Below, in pieces: positions 19,432 to 29,061 of a DNA stretch of 64,000 nucleotides (position 1 is the first letter of the stretch; the number at the start of each line of letters is the position of its first letter). A program made the translations under genes and the position numbers. Source of the stretch: Eubacteriales bacterium. GTDB lineage: Bacteria; Bacillota; Clostridia; Oscillospirales; CAG-272. The notes under the pieces are model-generated. The model searched no databases, was not told where the DNA came from, and worked only from the letters and a program-made list of their open reading frames with translations. Location of the stretch: NCBI GenBank assembly GCA_045587385.1, contig JAZNCE010000120.1, positions 45,085 to 109,084 on the forward strand, read 5' to 3'.

Positions 19432-19660
19432 TTATTTATTCAAGATAAAATCAGATAATTTGTACAATGTTTGATTTACTACACCGACATCCTCAACAAA
19501 CAAGTTTGAAATAACATCGCCATATGCTGATGCAATTTGTGGATAAGTTAAGCCATCTCCTTCAAAATGCACACCAATGCTGAAGTTGTGGCCAACCAAT
19601 GTAACTGATTTATAACCTACTTCTGTTTTATAGTCGTCGAATGATTGGCGGCTTTTTCAT
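19432..19660 (-). pseudogene. small AT-rich ORF interrupted by a 1-nt frameshift in a homopolymer directly after its ATG
   Basis: ATG at 19660-19658, 5 nt after the anti-sigma stop. As written it reads MKKPPIIRRL-stop. Removing one A from the A5 run (plus-strand T5 at 19653-19657) gives a 76-aa ORF MKSRQSFDDYKTEVGYKSVTLVGHNFSIGVHFEGDGLTYPQIASAYGDVISNLFVEDVGVVNQTLYKLSDFILNK ending at 19432. Confidence 0.3.
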
Positions 19661-19663
19661 TCT

Positions 19664-20635
19664 TTAGTTTGCAGGTCTCGGTCTATCGGTTACTTCTTCT
19701 CCACCTTCATTGAACTCATCAAAGACCGTTCCGTAATCTACGTGATCCATATTGATATCAGCAATCTCAATTAGCCAATTCAGATCCTCCTCGGCAAATC
19801 CTTCAAAATAGTTTGTTCCTTTCCAACGAAGCTGCTTATAGTATGGGTCAAACAACATCTCGACTGACGTACCGTTTTCAAATTCCATCGTTACTTTTCT
19901 TTGAGTTTGAATGGAAAGAGGAAGTGTACCATTTAGATATTTCTCACTATGATGATCGATGCGCTCGGAAAAAGTGATCTCTGTGTCAATCAAAGCACCG
20001 AAAACATTAAACAGCTTTTCGATCTGCTCATCATCGGTTACGGTTACGGTGTTGACCTTTACCATTTTATAATAATCTTTGTTGGAGTAGATTGCTTTCT
20101 CAAACTTTACGCTCTTAATATCATCTGCGCTCTTCACGTTGAAGATGTTTTCAAGCAAGTAACCGAAGCTGAAGGGCTCTGCACCCTTTTCCCAATAGTT
20201 CATATCAGAGAACCGGAGCAAATGGATAACACCATCATTAGTTACTGCGATAAGCTGAGCTATATCGTCGTGCCCTTTGAGCTTGTAGAGCTTCTGCGTT
20301 TCTGTTTCAAGATACAAGTCACCGATCTTGCTCTCAAGGGTGAGCTTGTCAAAGTTGCTCATATCGTTCACATGTAAATATGATGCACAGTAAACATCAT
20401 CAAGCTTTATAGAGGTATAAATTGCCGCTTGATCACTCGTTCCCAATCCCGGAACAAACAGCCACAGCGAAGCACTTACGAGCAGAGCAAAGCAAGCCGC
20501 CATCGACGCCCACTTCACCCAAGTGCGCTTTTTCGGTTTCTTTTTTGCTGCGAGATCTGCTTTCATATCGAAATAACGGTCAAGAATGTCCGAATCCAGA
20601 TCTGTAATAGCATCTATGAGTTTTTCTTGTGTCAT
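19664..20635 (-). CDS. membrane-anchored putative anti-sigma factor with a unique extracytoplasmic domain (pair 1)
   Basis: 323 aa with an ATGA overlap to the upstream sigma gene. The N-terminal motif LIDAITDLDSDILDRY is shared with the two other anti-sigma candidates. It has a single TM (WASMAACFALLVSASLWLFV). The C-terminal roughly 250 aa are unassigned. Confidence 0.5.
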   Translation of the reverse strand: MTQEKLIDAITDLDSDILDRYFDMKADLAAKKKPKKRTWVKWASMAACFALLVSASLWLFVPGLGTSDQAAIYTSIKLDDVYCASYLHVNDMSNFDKLTLESKIGDLYLETETQKLYKLKGHDDIAQLIAVTNDGVIHLLRFSDMNYWEKGAEPFSFGYLLENIFNVKSADDIKSVKFEKAIYSNKDYYKMVKVNTVTVTDDEQIEKLFNVFGALIDTEITFSERIDHHSEKYLNGTLPLSIQTQRKVTMEFENGTSVEMLFDPYYKQLRWKGTNYFEGFAEEDLNWLIEIADINMDHVDYGTVFDEFNEGGEEVTDRPRPAN

Positions 20636-21222
20636 ACTATATAACCCTCACTTTCAAGTTGCTTTTTGAGTCCAATTTTGATTGCTTCGATCTCTCGCTT
20701 GACGGTAGAAACGCTACAGCCGAGTTCCTTGCTGATTGTCGAAATGGGATCGGAAATATAATATCGGCTGACGAAAATGAACATTTGTCTGTCGGGGAGT
20801 GATCTGACGAAATTACTTATGCTTTTGGCGAGTTGTTTGGTTTCTATTTCTGCGGTCATATCGCCATCATCTGCTATGAAATCTTCAAGCTCGGAAAGCG
20901 AAACCGTGAATTCCGATGCGATACGCTTTTGACGTTTGTTTGCTCTGAATCGGTCGATTGCCGTTCTCCGCATAATTGATCCGAGAAACGCCTGTAATGC
21001 CACGGGTCTTGCCGGAGGGATCGCATTCCAAGTACCGATATATGTATCGTTCAGACATTCCTCGCTATCACACATATCGTGGACAATGTTCATCGCCACC
21101 GAAAGCAAGAACTTTTTGTACTTGATGTCGGTTTCCTTGATTGCCTGCTCGTCACGTTGCCAATATAGATCAACGATCTTCTCGTCACTCATAACAGAGT
21201 TCGCTTTTGTTTGAAGTTCCAT
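20632..21222 (-). CDS. sigma-70 family (ECF-like) RNA polymerase sigma factor, paralog 1
   Basis: 196 aa. Region 2 reads LYWQRDEQAIKE...DSEECLNDTYIGTW, and the region-4 HTH reads ISTISKELGCSVSTVKREI. A GGAGG RBS is present. Confidence 0.85.
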   Translation of the reverse strand: MELQTKANSVMSDEKIVDLYWQRDEQAIKETDIKYKKFLLSVAMNIVHDMCDSEECLNDTYIGTWNAIPPARPVALQAFLGSIMRRTAIDRFRANKRQKRIASEFTVSLSELEDFIADDGDMTAEIETKQLAKSISNFVRSLPDRQMFIFVSRYYISDPISTISKELGCSVSTVKREIEAIKIGLKKQLESEGYIV

Positions 21223-21355
21223 AACACACCTCCTTCCATGTTTTTGAAAGGCCCTTCATAAGTAATAGTCGCTACTTTTTTCAAAATGGCTCACATTTTT
21301 TGAAAGTTTTTCGGATTTTTTATATTATAACATATTTTTGAGGAAAATTTCAAAT

Positions 21356-21381
21356 AAGGCGAGCGCGGAAACGCTCGCCTT
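21356..21381 (-). terminator. rho-independent terminator after mntP
   Basis: Stem AAGGCGAGCG / CGCTCGCCTT with a 6-nt loop. Confidence 0.6.
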
Positions 21382-21403
21382 ATTTATTCGATTAAAATTG
21401 CAA

Positions 21404-22036
21404 TCAAGCAAACAGCCCCGCGAACCAATTCCAGACAAATTCAATGACACCGTACTGATCCAGCACATTCTTGACGCCAAGCAGGCAAAGCACGATACCG
21501 CCTGCAAGCTGCGCCTTGCGCTCATATTTATCGCCAAACACGTTACCGATCTTAACGCCGAGCGCAGAAAGCGCAAACGTGATCACGCCAATCAAGGTAA
21601 CGCTGAGCAGCACCTTGGGGATTGTCATATCCGGGCGAAGACCGTAGCCGACGCCCACGACCATAGCGTCAATACTGGTGGCAACCGCCATGGGAAACAT
21701 GACCTTTGCGGTCAATGACGCATCCTGATCGCAGCAGGAGCAACCTTCCTCCTGCTTTTCAAGTGCTTCCTTGATCATGCCGCCGCCGATAATGGCAAGT
21801 AACACGAATGCGATCCAACCCGTGAACATTTCAAGGTAGTCACCGAAAAACTTATTCAAAATACCTGCCAGTAAAAATCCCAGCGCAGGCATGAGCGCCT
21901 GAAAAGCGCCGAACCATCCGCCTACAATGGCAGCCTTACCCAAGGTTGCCTTTTGCATGGAAAGTCCCTTACAAATTGCTACGGCAAACGCGTCCATCGC
22001 AAGTGCCACAGCCAAAATCAATAATTCAATTACCAT
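21404..22036 (-). CDS. mntP: manganese efflux pump MntP
   Basis: 210 aa, multi-TM, with the N-terminus LAVALAMDAFAVAICKG typical of MntP. Its start overlaps the upstream ORF by 11 nt. Confidence 0.85.
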   Translation of the reverse strand: MVIELLILAVALAMDAFAVAICKGLSMQKATLGKAAIVGGWFGAFQALMPALGFLLAGILNKFFGDYLEMFTGWIAFVLLAIIGGGMIKEALEKQEEGCSCCDQDASLTAKVMFPMAVATSIDAMVVGVGYGLRPDMTIPKVLLSVTLIGVITFALSALGVKIGNVFGDKYERKAQLAGGIVLCLLGVKNVLDQYGVIEFVWNWFAGLFA

Positions 22037-22916
22037 TCTCTACTCCACTGCTTATGTGCAATATTTGTCCGTCATACATCTCTACGGTCGTATCATAATA
22101 CTGTTCCTGAAAATAGATCGCGCGGCACACGCCAAGCGCATCGTACGCAGTGCCCTTTGCGCATGCAACCAGTTTGTCTTCCACGTCGTCTGCACGGTGC
22201 ACGATCGCAATCACGTTGCCCTCAAATCGCTCCAATGGCTGCTCTGCACCAAGGCAGTACACGTCAAGCTCTTCGCCATCGCCGCCAAGCACGCCCGGAA
22301 TGTACCCGTAATTGACGGGATACAGCAGCTGCTTGTTCCCTTTCACGTGCAAGTACCCGATCGGTCTGTCAATCTCAGCTTCGATCCGTTTTCCGAGATA
22401 CGACCATACCATAGCCTTGCGCAGATGATACGAAATGAAATCCGCTTTAGCATCGGTATAAGCGACACGGTCGTTTGCATACTGCTCGGCAAGCGATTGC
22501 TTCAAAGCCCCGTATTCTTGCCTTACGTCTTCAAAAGTACGTAAGTAATCCCTGAAGTTGACGTAATTGCGCCATTCCATACCCATGTGTATGACCACGT
22601 GAATATGCGCCCTGCGCAGCTCCCCCTCGCCATCCACAAACAGCATATTGTGCGCGTCATCATGAGAGGGTCTGTGCAAAAAGCCCGCCTGCTCCATTTT
22701 TGCAATGATTCTGTCATCGAAGGATTGCACGCCAACCGCTACGTCAATAATGGGTTTGGCGCAAAGTCCGGACACGGACGTGCTGCCCACGTGCTCAACA
22801 GCCAAAGCAAGATCGCCTAGGGCCGCAGATATTAGCGCACAATACTGTGCGCCATGGTCATCCCACGCATGCTCATGCGCAAAAAGCTGTACAGTTCCCC
22901 TTGCAAGGCCAAGCAT
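22026..22916 (-). CDS. fusion protein: GrpB-family domain + family-I inorganic-pyrophosphatase-like domain
   Basis: Start moved to the ATG at 22916 (GGGAGGA 6 nt upstream). The N-terminal half has GrpB motifs (VEHVGSTSV, KPIIDV, HIHVV). The C-terminal roughly 120 aa have a PPase-like core (YPVNYGYIPGVLGGDGEELDVYCLG). Confidence 0.55.
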   Translation of the reverse strand: MLGLARGTVQLFAHEHAWDDHGAQYCALISAALGDLALAVEHVGSTSVSGLCAKPIIDVAVGVQSFDDRIIAKMEQAGFLHRPSHDDAHNMLFVDGEGELRRAHIHVVIHMGMEWRNYVNFRDYLRTFEDVRQEYGALKQSLAEQYANDRVAYTDAKADFISYHLRKAMVWSYLGKRIEAEIDRPIGYLHVKGNKQLLYPVNYGYIPGVLGGDGEELDVYCLGAEQPLERFEGNVIAIVHRADDVEDKLVACAKGTAYDALGVCRAIYFQEQYYDTTVEMYDGQILHISSGVENGN

Positions 22917-23026
22917 TTCGATTCCTCCCAAAGCCCAAATCTCACATATTTTATCACAAAATTCCCGTGTTGTCTATAGGTTCACAAAATGTTTACATAT
23001 ATTGTTAAAAATATATCACACTTTAC

Positions 23027-23055
23027 TTGACTAAAGCAATACTTTGTAGTATAAT
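23027..23055 (+). promoter_or_regulatory. sigma-70 promoter for the his operon (TTGACT-17-TATAAT)
   Basis: -35 at 23027-23032, 17-nt spacer, -10 at 23050-23055. The leader is only about 30 nt. Confidence 0.65.
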
Positions 23056-23091
23056 CTTGGTATCCTTTTAATATATAAGGAGGATTTTTAA

Positions 23092-24156
23092 ATGGCAATC
23101 AACCAATATGCAATGACTCCTGCGGAACAGACCATCACCAAATGCGCCGAGCTTTATGCAAAATACGGCTATCGCAGGTTTACCATGAATAAATTTGAGG
23201 ACTATGCCCTTTACGCCGAAAACAAGAACTTCTTGGTGGACGGCAGACTTTTGACGTTCACAGACGGCTCCAAGCTCAAGGCGCTCAAGCCCGATATTAC
23301 GCTTTCTATTGTCAAAAGCCTTGCTGCCAATCCCCGACTCCCCCTCAAGGCGTTTTACAATGAAACCGTGTATCGCGTCAAAAAAGGCGAAAAGGAATTC
23401 AGCGAGTTGCATCAGATGGGACTTGAACTGATCGGCGACGGCAGCATTTACGCAACAAGTGAGGTGCTGGGTCTTGCCAAGACTTCGCTGGACGCCATTG
23501 ATGAAAACAATATTCTGGATATCTCTCATATGGGCATTCTCATGTCGCTCATAGACAAGGCGTGTGAAAACGGTGTGGATCGTGAAGAGCTGATTTCGCT
23601 GATCACACAAAAGAATGCGGACGGCATTGCCGCCGTGCTCGGTGCAAAACATCCGCTTGCAATACTGGTAAATTCCTACGCGCCGATTGGTCAAATGATC
23701 CTCGTACTGCAAAAGATGTTGCCCGATATGCCTGCTGTTCATGAACTTGCCCAGATTGCAGACGTGCTTTGCGCTATGGAACTTGACACAGGCGTATATC
23801 TTGATTTCTCGCTCATGCATGACTTCGGTTACTATAACGGCATCATTTTCAAGGGATATATCAAGGACGTGCCTGTTTCCGTGCTTTCGGGCGGACGTTA
23901 CGATCCCCTGCTTGACCGTTTTGGCATCAGCACAGCCGCTCTCGGATTTGCCATTTATCTTGACTATATCCGTTATACCGAAACCAAGCACGATGCTGAA
24001 GCGCTGTTGTTGTACACCGAACAGGATAAGGCAGCCGACGTTGCGCGCGCCGTTAATGCGTTGACCGAGCAAGGCTATCTGGTGCTTGCAGCGCAAACGC
24101 AACCCGAAAACCGTAGCTTTGTAAAAGTTTTCCACGTTAAGGAGGTGCTCGCATGA
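23092..24156 (+). CDS. hisZ: ATP phosphoribosyltransferase regulatory subunit HisZ
   Basis: 354-aa HisRS-like paralog without an anticodon domain. It sits directly upstream of, and overlaps, a short-form hisG. Confidence 0.85.
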   Translation: MAINQYAMTPAEQTITKCAELYAKYGYRRFTMNKFEDYALYAENKNFLVDGRLLTFTDGSKLKALKPDITLSIVKSLAANPRLPLKAFYNETVYRVKKGEKEFSELHQMGLELIGDGSIYATSEVLGLAKTSLDAIDENNILDISHMGILMSLIDKACENGVDREELISLITQKNADGIAAVLGAKHPLAILVNSYAPIGQMILVLQKMLPDMPAVHELAQIADVLCAMELDTGVYLDFSLMHDFGYYNGIIFKGYIKDVPVSVLSGGRYDPLLDRFGISTAALGFAIYLDYIRYTETKHDAEALLLYTEQDKAADVARAVNALTEQGYLVLAAQTQPENRSFVKVFHVKEVLA

Positions 24157-24770
24157 TCAAAATTGCATTACCCAAGGGCAGACTTGGCGACAAGGTGCTT
24201 GCGCAGTTCGAGGCAGCGGGATATGCTTGCCCCGAGATCCATACGCCCTCCAGAAAGCTTGTATTTTCCACCGACGAGGTTTCTTATTTCTTCGTCAAGC
24301 CCTCCGACGTACCGATCTACGTGGAACGCGGTGTTGCAGACATTGGCGTTGCGGGCAGCGATATTCTCATGGAATACGAGCCGGACGTGTATTCCCTGCT
24401 CGATCTTGGTATTGGCAAATGCCGCATCTGCGTAGCTGCCAAAGCAGAATTTGAGGATGATTACGGTCGCCCCTTACGCGTGGCAACCAAATTCAAAAAC
24501 GTGGCATCCAAGTATTACGGCTCGCTTGGCAGAACCATTGATATCATCAAGCTCAACGGCTCAATTGAGCTTGCTCCCATTCTCGGACTTTCGGACGTGA
24601 TCGTTGATATCGTGGAAACCGGCACCACACTCAAAGAAAACGGACTTGTTGTCAAGGAGGAAATCGCCCCCATCAGCGCAAGACTGATCGCCAACAAGAC
24701 CTCTTACAAATTCAACAGCGCGCAGATTACAAATCTGCAAAAAAAGCTGCAGGAGCAAAGAAAGGACTAA
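24153..24770 (+). CDS. hisG: ATP phosphoribosyltransferase (short form)
   Basis: 205 aa: MIKIALPKGRL..., DVIVDIVETGTTLKENGL. Confidence 0.9.
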   Translation: MIKIALPKGRLGDKVLAQFEAAGYACPEIHTPSRKLVFSTDEVSYFFVKPSDVPIYVERGVADIGVAGSDILMEYEPDVYSLLDLGIGKCRICVAAKAEFEDDYGRPLRVATKFKNVASKYYGSLGRTIDIIKLNGSIELAPILGLSDVIVDIVETGTTLKENGLVVKEEIAPISARLIANKTSYKFNSAQITNLQKKLQEQRKD

Positions 24771-24774
24771 GGTC

Positions 24775-26052
24775 ATGATTCGCATATACGATTTCAACGC
24801 GGTTTCGGATGAGGAAATTTTCAACCGTTCCGAGGACGCCTTCAACGTTCAAGATGCGGTAACTGAAATTATCGCAAACGTCAAAGCACAAAAGGATGCT
24901 GCGCTGCTGGCTTATACGGAAAAATTTGATAGGGTCAAGCTTGATGCGCTGCAGGTTTCCGATCAGGAAATCGCAGAGGCGTTTGCGGGCAGCGATCCCG
25001 ATTTTATCCGCGTGATGCGCGACGCAGCCGCAAATATTGAAGCATATCATAAAAACCAGGTGCGCCAAGGTTTTGAAATCAAGAAGGAAGGCGGCATCGT
25101 GCTTGGTCAGAAGATCACACCCTTAGCCAAGGTTGGTATCTACGTACCCGGCGGTACGGCTGCATACCCCTCTACCGTGCTTATGAACAGCATTCCCGCA
25201 AAGCTTGCGGGTGTTGGCGAGATCGTGATGGTCACGCCTCCCATGCGCGACGGCAAGGTAAATCCCGCTATCCTTTGCGCAGCAAAGATTGCAGGCGTGG
25301 ACAAGATCTTCAAGATCGGCGGTGCGCAGGCGGTTGCTGCATTGGCATACGGCACCGAGTCTGTTCCCGCTGTAGATAAGATCGTGGGGCCCGGCAACGC
25401 TTTCGTGGCTGAAGCAAAGCGCCAGGTATATGGCAAGGTTGCCATTGATATGATCGCAGGTCCTTCCGAGATTTTGGTACTGGCAGACGGCAAATCCAAC
25501 CCCGCATTCGTGGCTGCAGACCTGCTTTCCCAGGCGGAACACGATAAAATGGCAAGCGCGGTGCTTGTCACCGATAGCGAACTGCTTGCGCTTGCAGTGC
25601 AAGCAGAGGTAGAGCGTCAGCTTTCCATTCTGCCCCGTGAGCAGATCGCGCGCCCCTCTATTGATAATTTCGGCAAGATCATCGTTTGCGCAGACTTGTG
25701 GCAAGGCATTGAGGTTGCCAACCGCATAGCTCCCGAACACCTTGAGATCTGTGTGGACAACCCCTTTGATTATCTTGACAAGATTGAAAATGCGGGTTCT
25801 GTCTTCCTTGGCAGATACTGCCCCGAGGCACTGGGCGATTATTACGCAGGCACCAACCACACACTCCCCACAAGCGGCACGGCAAAATTCTCCAGCCCCT
25901 TGTCGGTTGACGATTTTATCAAGAAGATCTCTTATACCTACTACGACCGCAACGCTATACAGAAAGCGGCGTCCGACATTGCACTGTTTGCCCGCAAGGA
26001 AGGTCTTGAGGCACACGCAAGAAGCGCCGAGATCAGGTTGAGCGATGAGTAA
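24775..26052 (+). CDS. hisD: histidinol dehydrogenase
   Basis: 425 aa with motifs IDMIAGPSEILV, QAEHD and NHTLPT. Confidence 0.95.
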   Translation: MIRIYDFNAVSDEEIFNRSEDAFNVQDAVTEIIANVKAQKDAALLAYTEKFDRVKLDALQVSDQEIAEAFAGSDPDFIRVMRDAAANIEAYHKNQVRQGFEIKKEGGIVLGQKITPLAKVGIYVPGGTAAYPSTVLMNSIPAKLAGVGEIVMVTPPMRDGKVNPAILCAAKIAGVDKIFKIGGAQAVAALAYGTESVPAVDKIVGPGNAFVAEAKRQVYGKVAIDMIAGPSEILVLADGKSNPAFVAADLLSQAEHDKMASAVLVTDSELLALAVQAEVERQLSILPREQIARPSIDNFGKIIVCADLWQGIEVANRIAPEHLEICVDNPFDYLDKIENAGSVFLGRYCPEALGDYYAGTNHTLPTSGTAKFSSPLSVDDFIKKISYTYYDRNAIQKAASDIALFARKEGLEAHARSAEIRLSDE

Positions 26053-27100
26053 GTTCTTCTCCCGCAAGCCTGGTGAGATCAAGGCATACGTGCCGGGCGA
26101 ACAGCCCAGAAACGTGCAGCAGCTCATCAAGCTCAACACCAACGAATCGCCCTTCCCGCCCGCTCCCGAGGTCATAGATGCAGTAGCGGCTGCGGCACAG
26201 AAGGCAAACTTGTATTGTGATCCTACCATGTTAAAGCTGCGAGAGGATCTTGCAAGCATTTACGGCTATACCCCCGATTTTTTTACGCTGGGTAACGGCT
26301 CGGACGAGCTTTTGTCCTTTGCATTCCTTGCGTTTTGCAACAAAGAGATCGGTGTAGCATACGCGGATATTACCTACGGCTTTTACAGCGTGCTCTCCCG
26401 TCTGTATGCGACGGATACCAAGATCATACCGCTGGATGCGCAGTATTGCATCAACCCCGAGGATTATACGGCTTTAGGCAGAACGATTTTCATTGCCAAC
26501 CCCAACGCCCCCACAGGCATTGCGCTGACGCGCGCGCAGATTGAGGGTATCCTGCAAGCCAATCCCGATAACGTGGTGGTCATTGACCAGGCGTACGTGG
26601 ACTTTGGTGCAGAGTGCGCAATTCCTTTGGTGGAAAAGTACGACAATCTGCTTGTGGTCAACACCTTCTCCAAATCCCGCAGCTTTGCGGGCGGCAGAGT
26701 AGGCTTTGCAGTAGCGCAGCCTGCGCTGATCGCGGATCTGGAAACAATTCGCAATTCCATCAACCCGTATAACGTAAACTCGCTCTCGCAGGCTGCTGCG
26801 CACGCCATCCTGCAGCATAACGATTATTACATGCAAAATTGCAGCATCGTTGCCCAGAACCGCGAGTATCTGATAAAGCAACTTGATGCGCTGGGCTTTA
26901 CTACGCTTCCCTCCCTGACCAATTTCGTGTTTACAGGGCATCCCGCTATTTCGGGTGAGCAGCTGTATCTGCAGCTCAAGCAACGTGCCATTTTGGTACG
27001 CTACTTCGATTCTCCCAGACTTCGCGACTTCTGCCGTATCACAATAGGCACGCGCGAGCAGGTCGATGCCCTGCTGGGTGCCATCAGATCCATCCTCTGA
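26045..27100 (+). CDS. hisC: histidinol-phosphate aminotransferase
   Basis: 351-aa class-II aminotransferase (LNTNESPFPP, TFSKSRSFAG), at the expected position in the his operon. Confidence 0.9.
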   Translation: MSKFFSRKPGEIKAYVPGEQPRNVQQLIKLNTNESPFPPAPEVIDAVAAAAQKANLYCDPTMLKLREDLASIYGYTPDFFTLGNGSDELLSFAFLAFCNKEIGVAYADITYGFYSVLSRLYATDTKIIPLDAQYCINPEDYTALGRTIFIANPNAPTGIALTRAQIEGILQANPDNVVVIDQAYVDFGAECAIPLVEKYDNLLVVNTFSKSRSFAGGRVGFAVAQPALIADLETIRNSINPYNVNSLSQAAAHAILQHNDYYMQNCSIVAQNREYLIKQLDALGFTTLPSLTNFVFTGHPAISGEQLYLQLKQRAILVRYFDSPRLRDFCRITIGTREQVDALLGAIRSIL

Positions 27101-27114
27101 AAGGAGAACTTTTC

Positions 27115-27702
27115 ATGAGAACTTGTGAAATTAAAAGAAAGACCAATGAAACCGATATCGCCCTTACCTTAAATCTTGACGGAACGGGCAGCTCCGAAAT
27201 CAAAACCGATTGCGGCTTTCTCGCACACATGCTGACATTGTTTGCGCGCCACGGCGGATTTGATCTGACCGTGAGCTGCAAAGGAGACAGCGAGGTGGAC
27301 TTCCACCACACCGCAGAGGATATCGGCATTTGCCTGGGGCAAGCATTTGCAAAGGCACTTGGCGATTGCAAGGGCATTTGCAGATACGGTGATATCATTC
27401 TGCCCATGGATGAAGCCCTCATGCTTTGCGCAGTGGATATTTCGGGTCGCCCCTATCTTGGCTACAGCGTGGAAATCCCCGCTGCACGCGTGGGTGATTT
27501 TGATACCGAGCTTGCAGAGGAATTCTGGTTGGCGTTCGTGCGTCACGCAGGCATGACGCTGCACTTCAGAATGCTTGCGGGCAAAAATTCGCACCACATC
27601 ATTGAAGCAGAGTTCAAGGCAGCTGCGCGCGTGCTTGCCAAGGCTTGCACCGTTGACGCTGCAAAAGCAGACCAAATTCCTTCCACCAAAGGTGTATTAT
27701 GA
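27115..27702 (+). CDS. hisB: imidazoleglycerol-phosphate dehydratase
   Basis: 195 aa with motifs HHTAEDIGI and NSHHIIEAEFKA. Confidence 0.95.
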   Translation: MRTCEIKRKTNETDIALTLNLDGTGSSEIKTDCGFLAHMLTLFARHGGFDLTVSCKGDSEVDFHHTAEDIGICLGQAFAKALGDCKGICRYGDIILPMDEALMLCAVDISGRPYLGYSVEIPAARVGDFDTELAEEFWLAFVRHAGMTLHFRMLAGKNSHHIIEAEFKAAARVLAKACTVDAAKADQIPSTKGVL

Positions 27703-28337
27703 TTACGATTATCGACTACGGCGTGGGAAACCTCTTTTCCCTTGCCTGCTCGTTTGAAAAGATCGGCGAGCAAGTATGCATCACCTCTGATGCGCAGACG
27801 ATTTTGCAGGCAGAGCGCATCGTATTGCCGGGCGTAGGTGCATTTGAAGATGCAGCAAATAAGCTTCGTCAAAGCGGACTGGATGCCATTGTCAAGCAAA
27901 AAGCGGCTGCAGGCACGCCCATTTTGGGCATTTGTCTTGGCATGCAGATGCTGTTTGACAAAAGCTTTGAATTTGGCGAGCACGAGGGACTTGGATTGAT
28001 TCCCGGTGCGGTCTGTCCGATCGCGCCCGTGATCGGAGACCTCAAGACTCCGCAGATGGGCTGGAACGCGCTCATTTTTCCCAAGGATAAACCCAAGCAC
28101 CCTATTTTCAAATACGTAAACGAGGGGGATCACGTATATTTCGTGCACTCTTACGCTGCTATGCAATGTGATGCTTCGGTCAGTGCTCTGACCGAATACG
28201 GCTCGCTTCTGACCGCTGCCGCATGCCGCGGTAACGTATGCGGCACACAGTTCCATCCCGAAAAGAGCGGTCGCGTGGGGCTTGAGATTCTGCGCGCATT
28301 CACTGAATTTGACCCTCAATCCACCAAGGAGGTTTGA
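27699..28337 (+). CDS. hisH: imidazole glycerol phosphate synthase, glutaminase subunit
   Basis: 212 aa: IDYGVGNL, GICLGMQ, FHPEKS. Confidence 0.9.
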   Translation: MITIIDYGVGNLFSLACSFEKIGEQVCITSDAQTILQAERIVLPGVGAFEDAANKLRQSGLDAIVKQKAAAGTPILGICLGMQMLFDKSFEFGEHEGLGLIPGAVCPIAPVIGDLKTPQMGWNALIFPKDKPKHPIFKYVNEGDHVYFVHSYAAMQCDASVSALTEYGSLLTAAACRGNVCGTQFHPEKSGRVGLEILRAFTEFDPQSTKEV

Positions 28338-28341
28338 TAAC

Positions 28342-29061
28342 ATGATACTTTTCCCTGCTATAGACCTCATTGGCGGTAAGGCGGTACGCCTGACCAAGGG
28401 CGATTACGCGCAAATGACGGTTTACAATGACGATCCAGTTGCGGTCGCTAAGTCCTTCGAGGACGCGGGTGCAACACATATTCACGTGGTAGACTTGGAA
28501 GGCGCACGTGACGGCACGACCCCCAATTTTGAAACGGTTTGTGCCATTATCCGAAACACTTCCCTCAAATTAGAGATTGGCGGCGGCATCCGCGATATGC
28601 AGACCGTGGAAAAATACCTGGGCGCAGGCGCATTCCGCGTCATTCTCGGCACGGCTGCACTGACAGCCCCGGATTTTCTCAAGGCTGCGGTTGCAAAATA
28701 CGGTGACAAGATTGCCGTGGGCGCAGACCTGCGTGACGGCATGGTCGCCACGCACGGCTGGCTGCAGACCTCAAGCGTTTCCGGCGCGGAGTTTATCCGT
28801 TCCATGCAAGAGATCGGCGTGCGCGTGATCATCTGTACCGACATTTCCAAGGACGGCGTCATGGGCGGCACCAACCGTGCGCTGTATCAGTCCCTGCAAG
28901 CCGAATTCCCGCAGATGTGCTTTACCGCATCGGGCGGCATTTCGGATATAGAAACGGTCAAGGCACTTGCCGATATGCACATGTACGGCGCTATCTTGGG
29001 CAAAGCACTCTACACGGGTGCGATCAACCTTGCAGACGCGGTACGGGAGGTGGCAGAATGA
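28342..29061 (+). CDS. hisA: ProFAR isomerase HisA
   Basis: Start moved to the ATG at 28342 (GGAGG upstream): MILFPAIDLIGGKAVRL. Confidence 0.9.
   Translation: MILFPAIDLIGGKAVRLTKGDYAQMTVYNDDPVAVAKSFEDAGATHIHVVDLEGARDGTTPNFETVCAIIRNTSLKLEIGGGIRDMQTVEKYLGAGAFRVILGTAALTAPDFLKAAVAKYGDKIAVGADLRDGMVATHGWLQTSSVSGAEFIRSMQEIGVRVIICTDISKDGVMGGTNRALYQSLQAEFPQMCFTASGGISDIETVKALADMHMYGAILGKALYTGAINLADAVREVAE

Noticed and set aside
22026-22100. Expected Mn-sensing (yybP-ykoY type) leader upstream of mntP
   Set aside because: The upstream ORF overlaps the mntP start by 11 nt, so there is no untranslated leader in which a riboswitch could sit.
23034-23091. T-box or attenuator leader for the his operon
   Set aside because: The distance from the -10 box (23050-23055) to the hisZ ATG is about 36 nt. 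That holds only an RBS and is too short for a T-box or leader-peptide attenuator.
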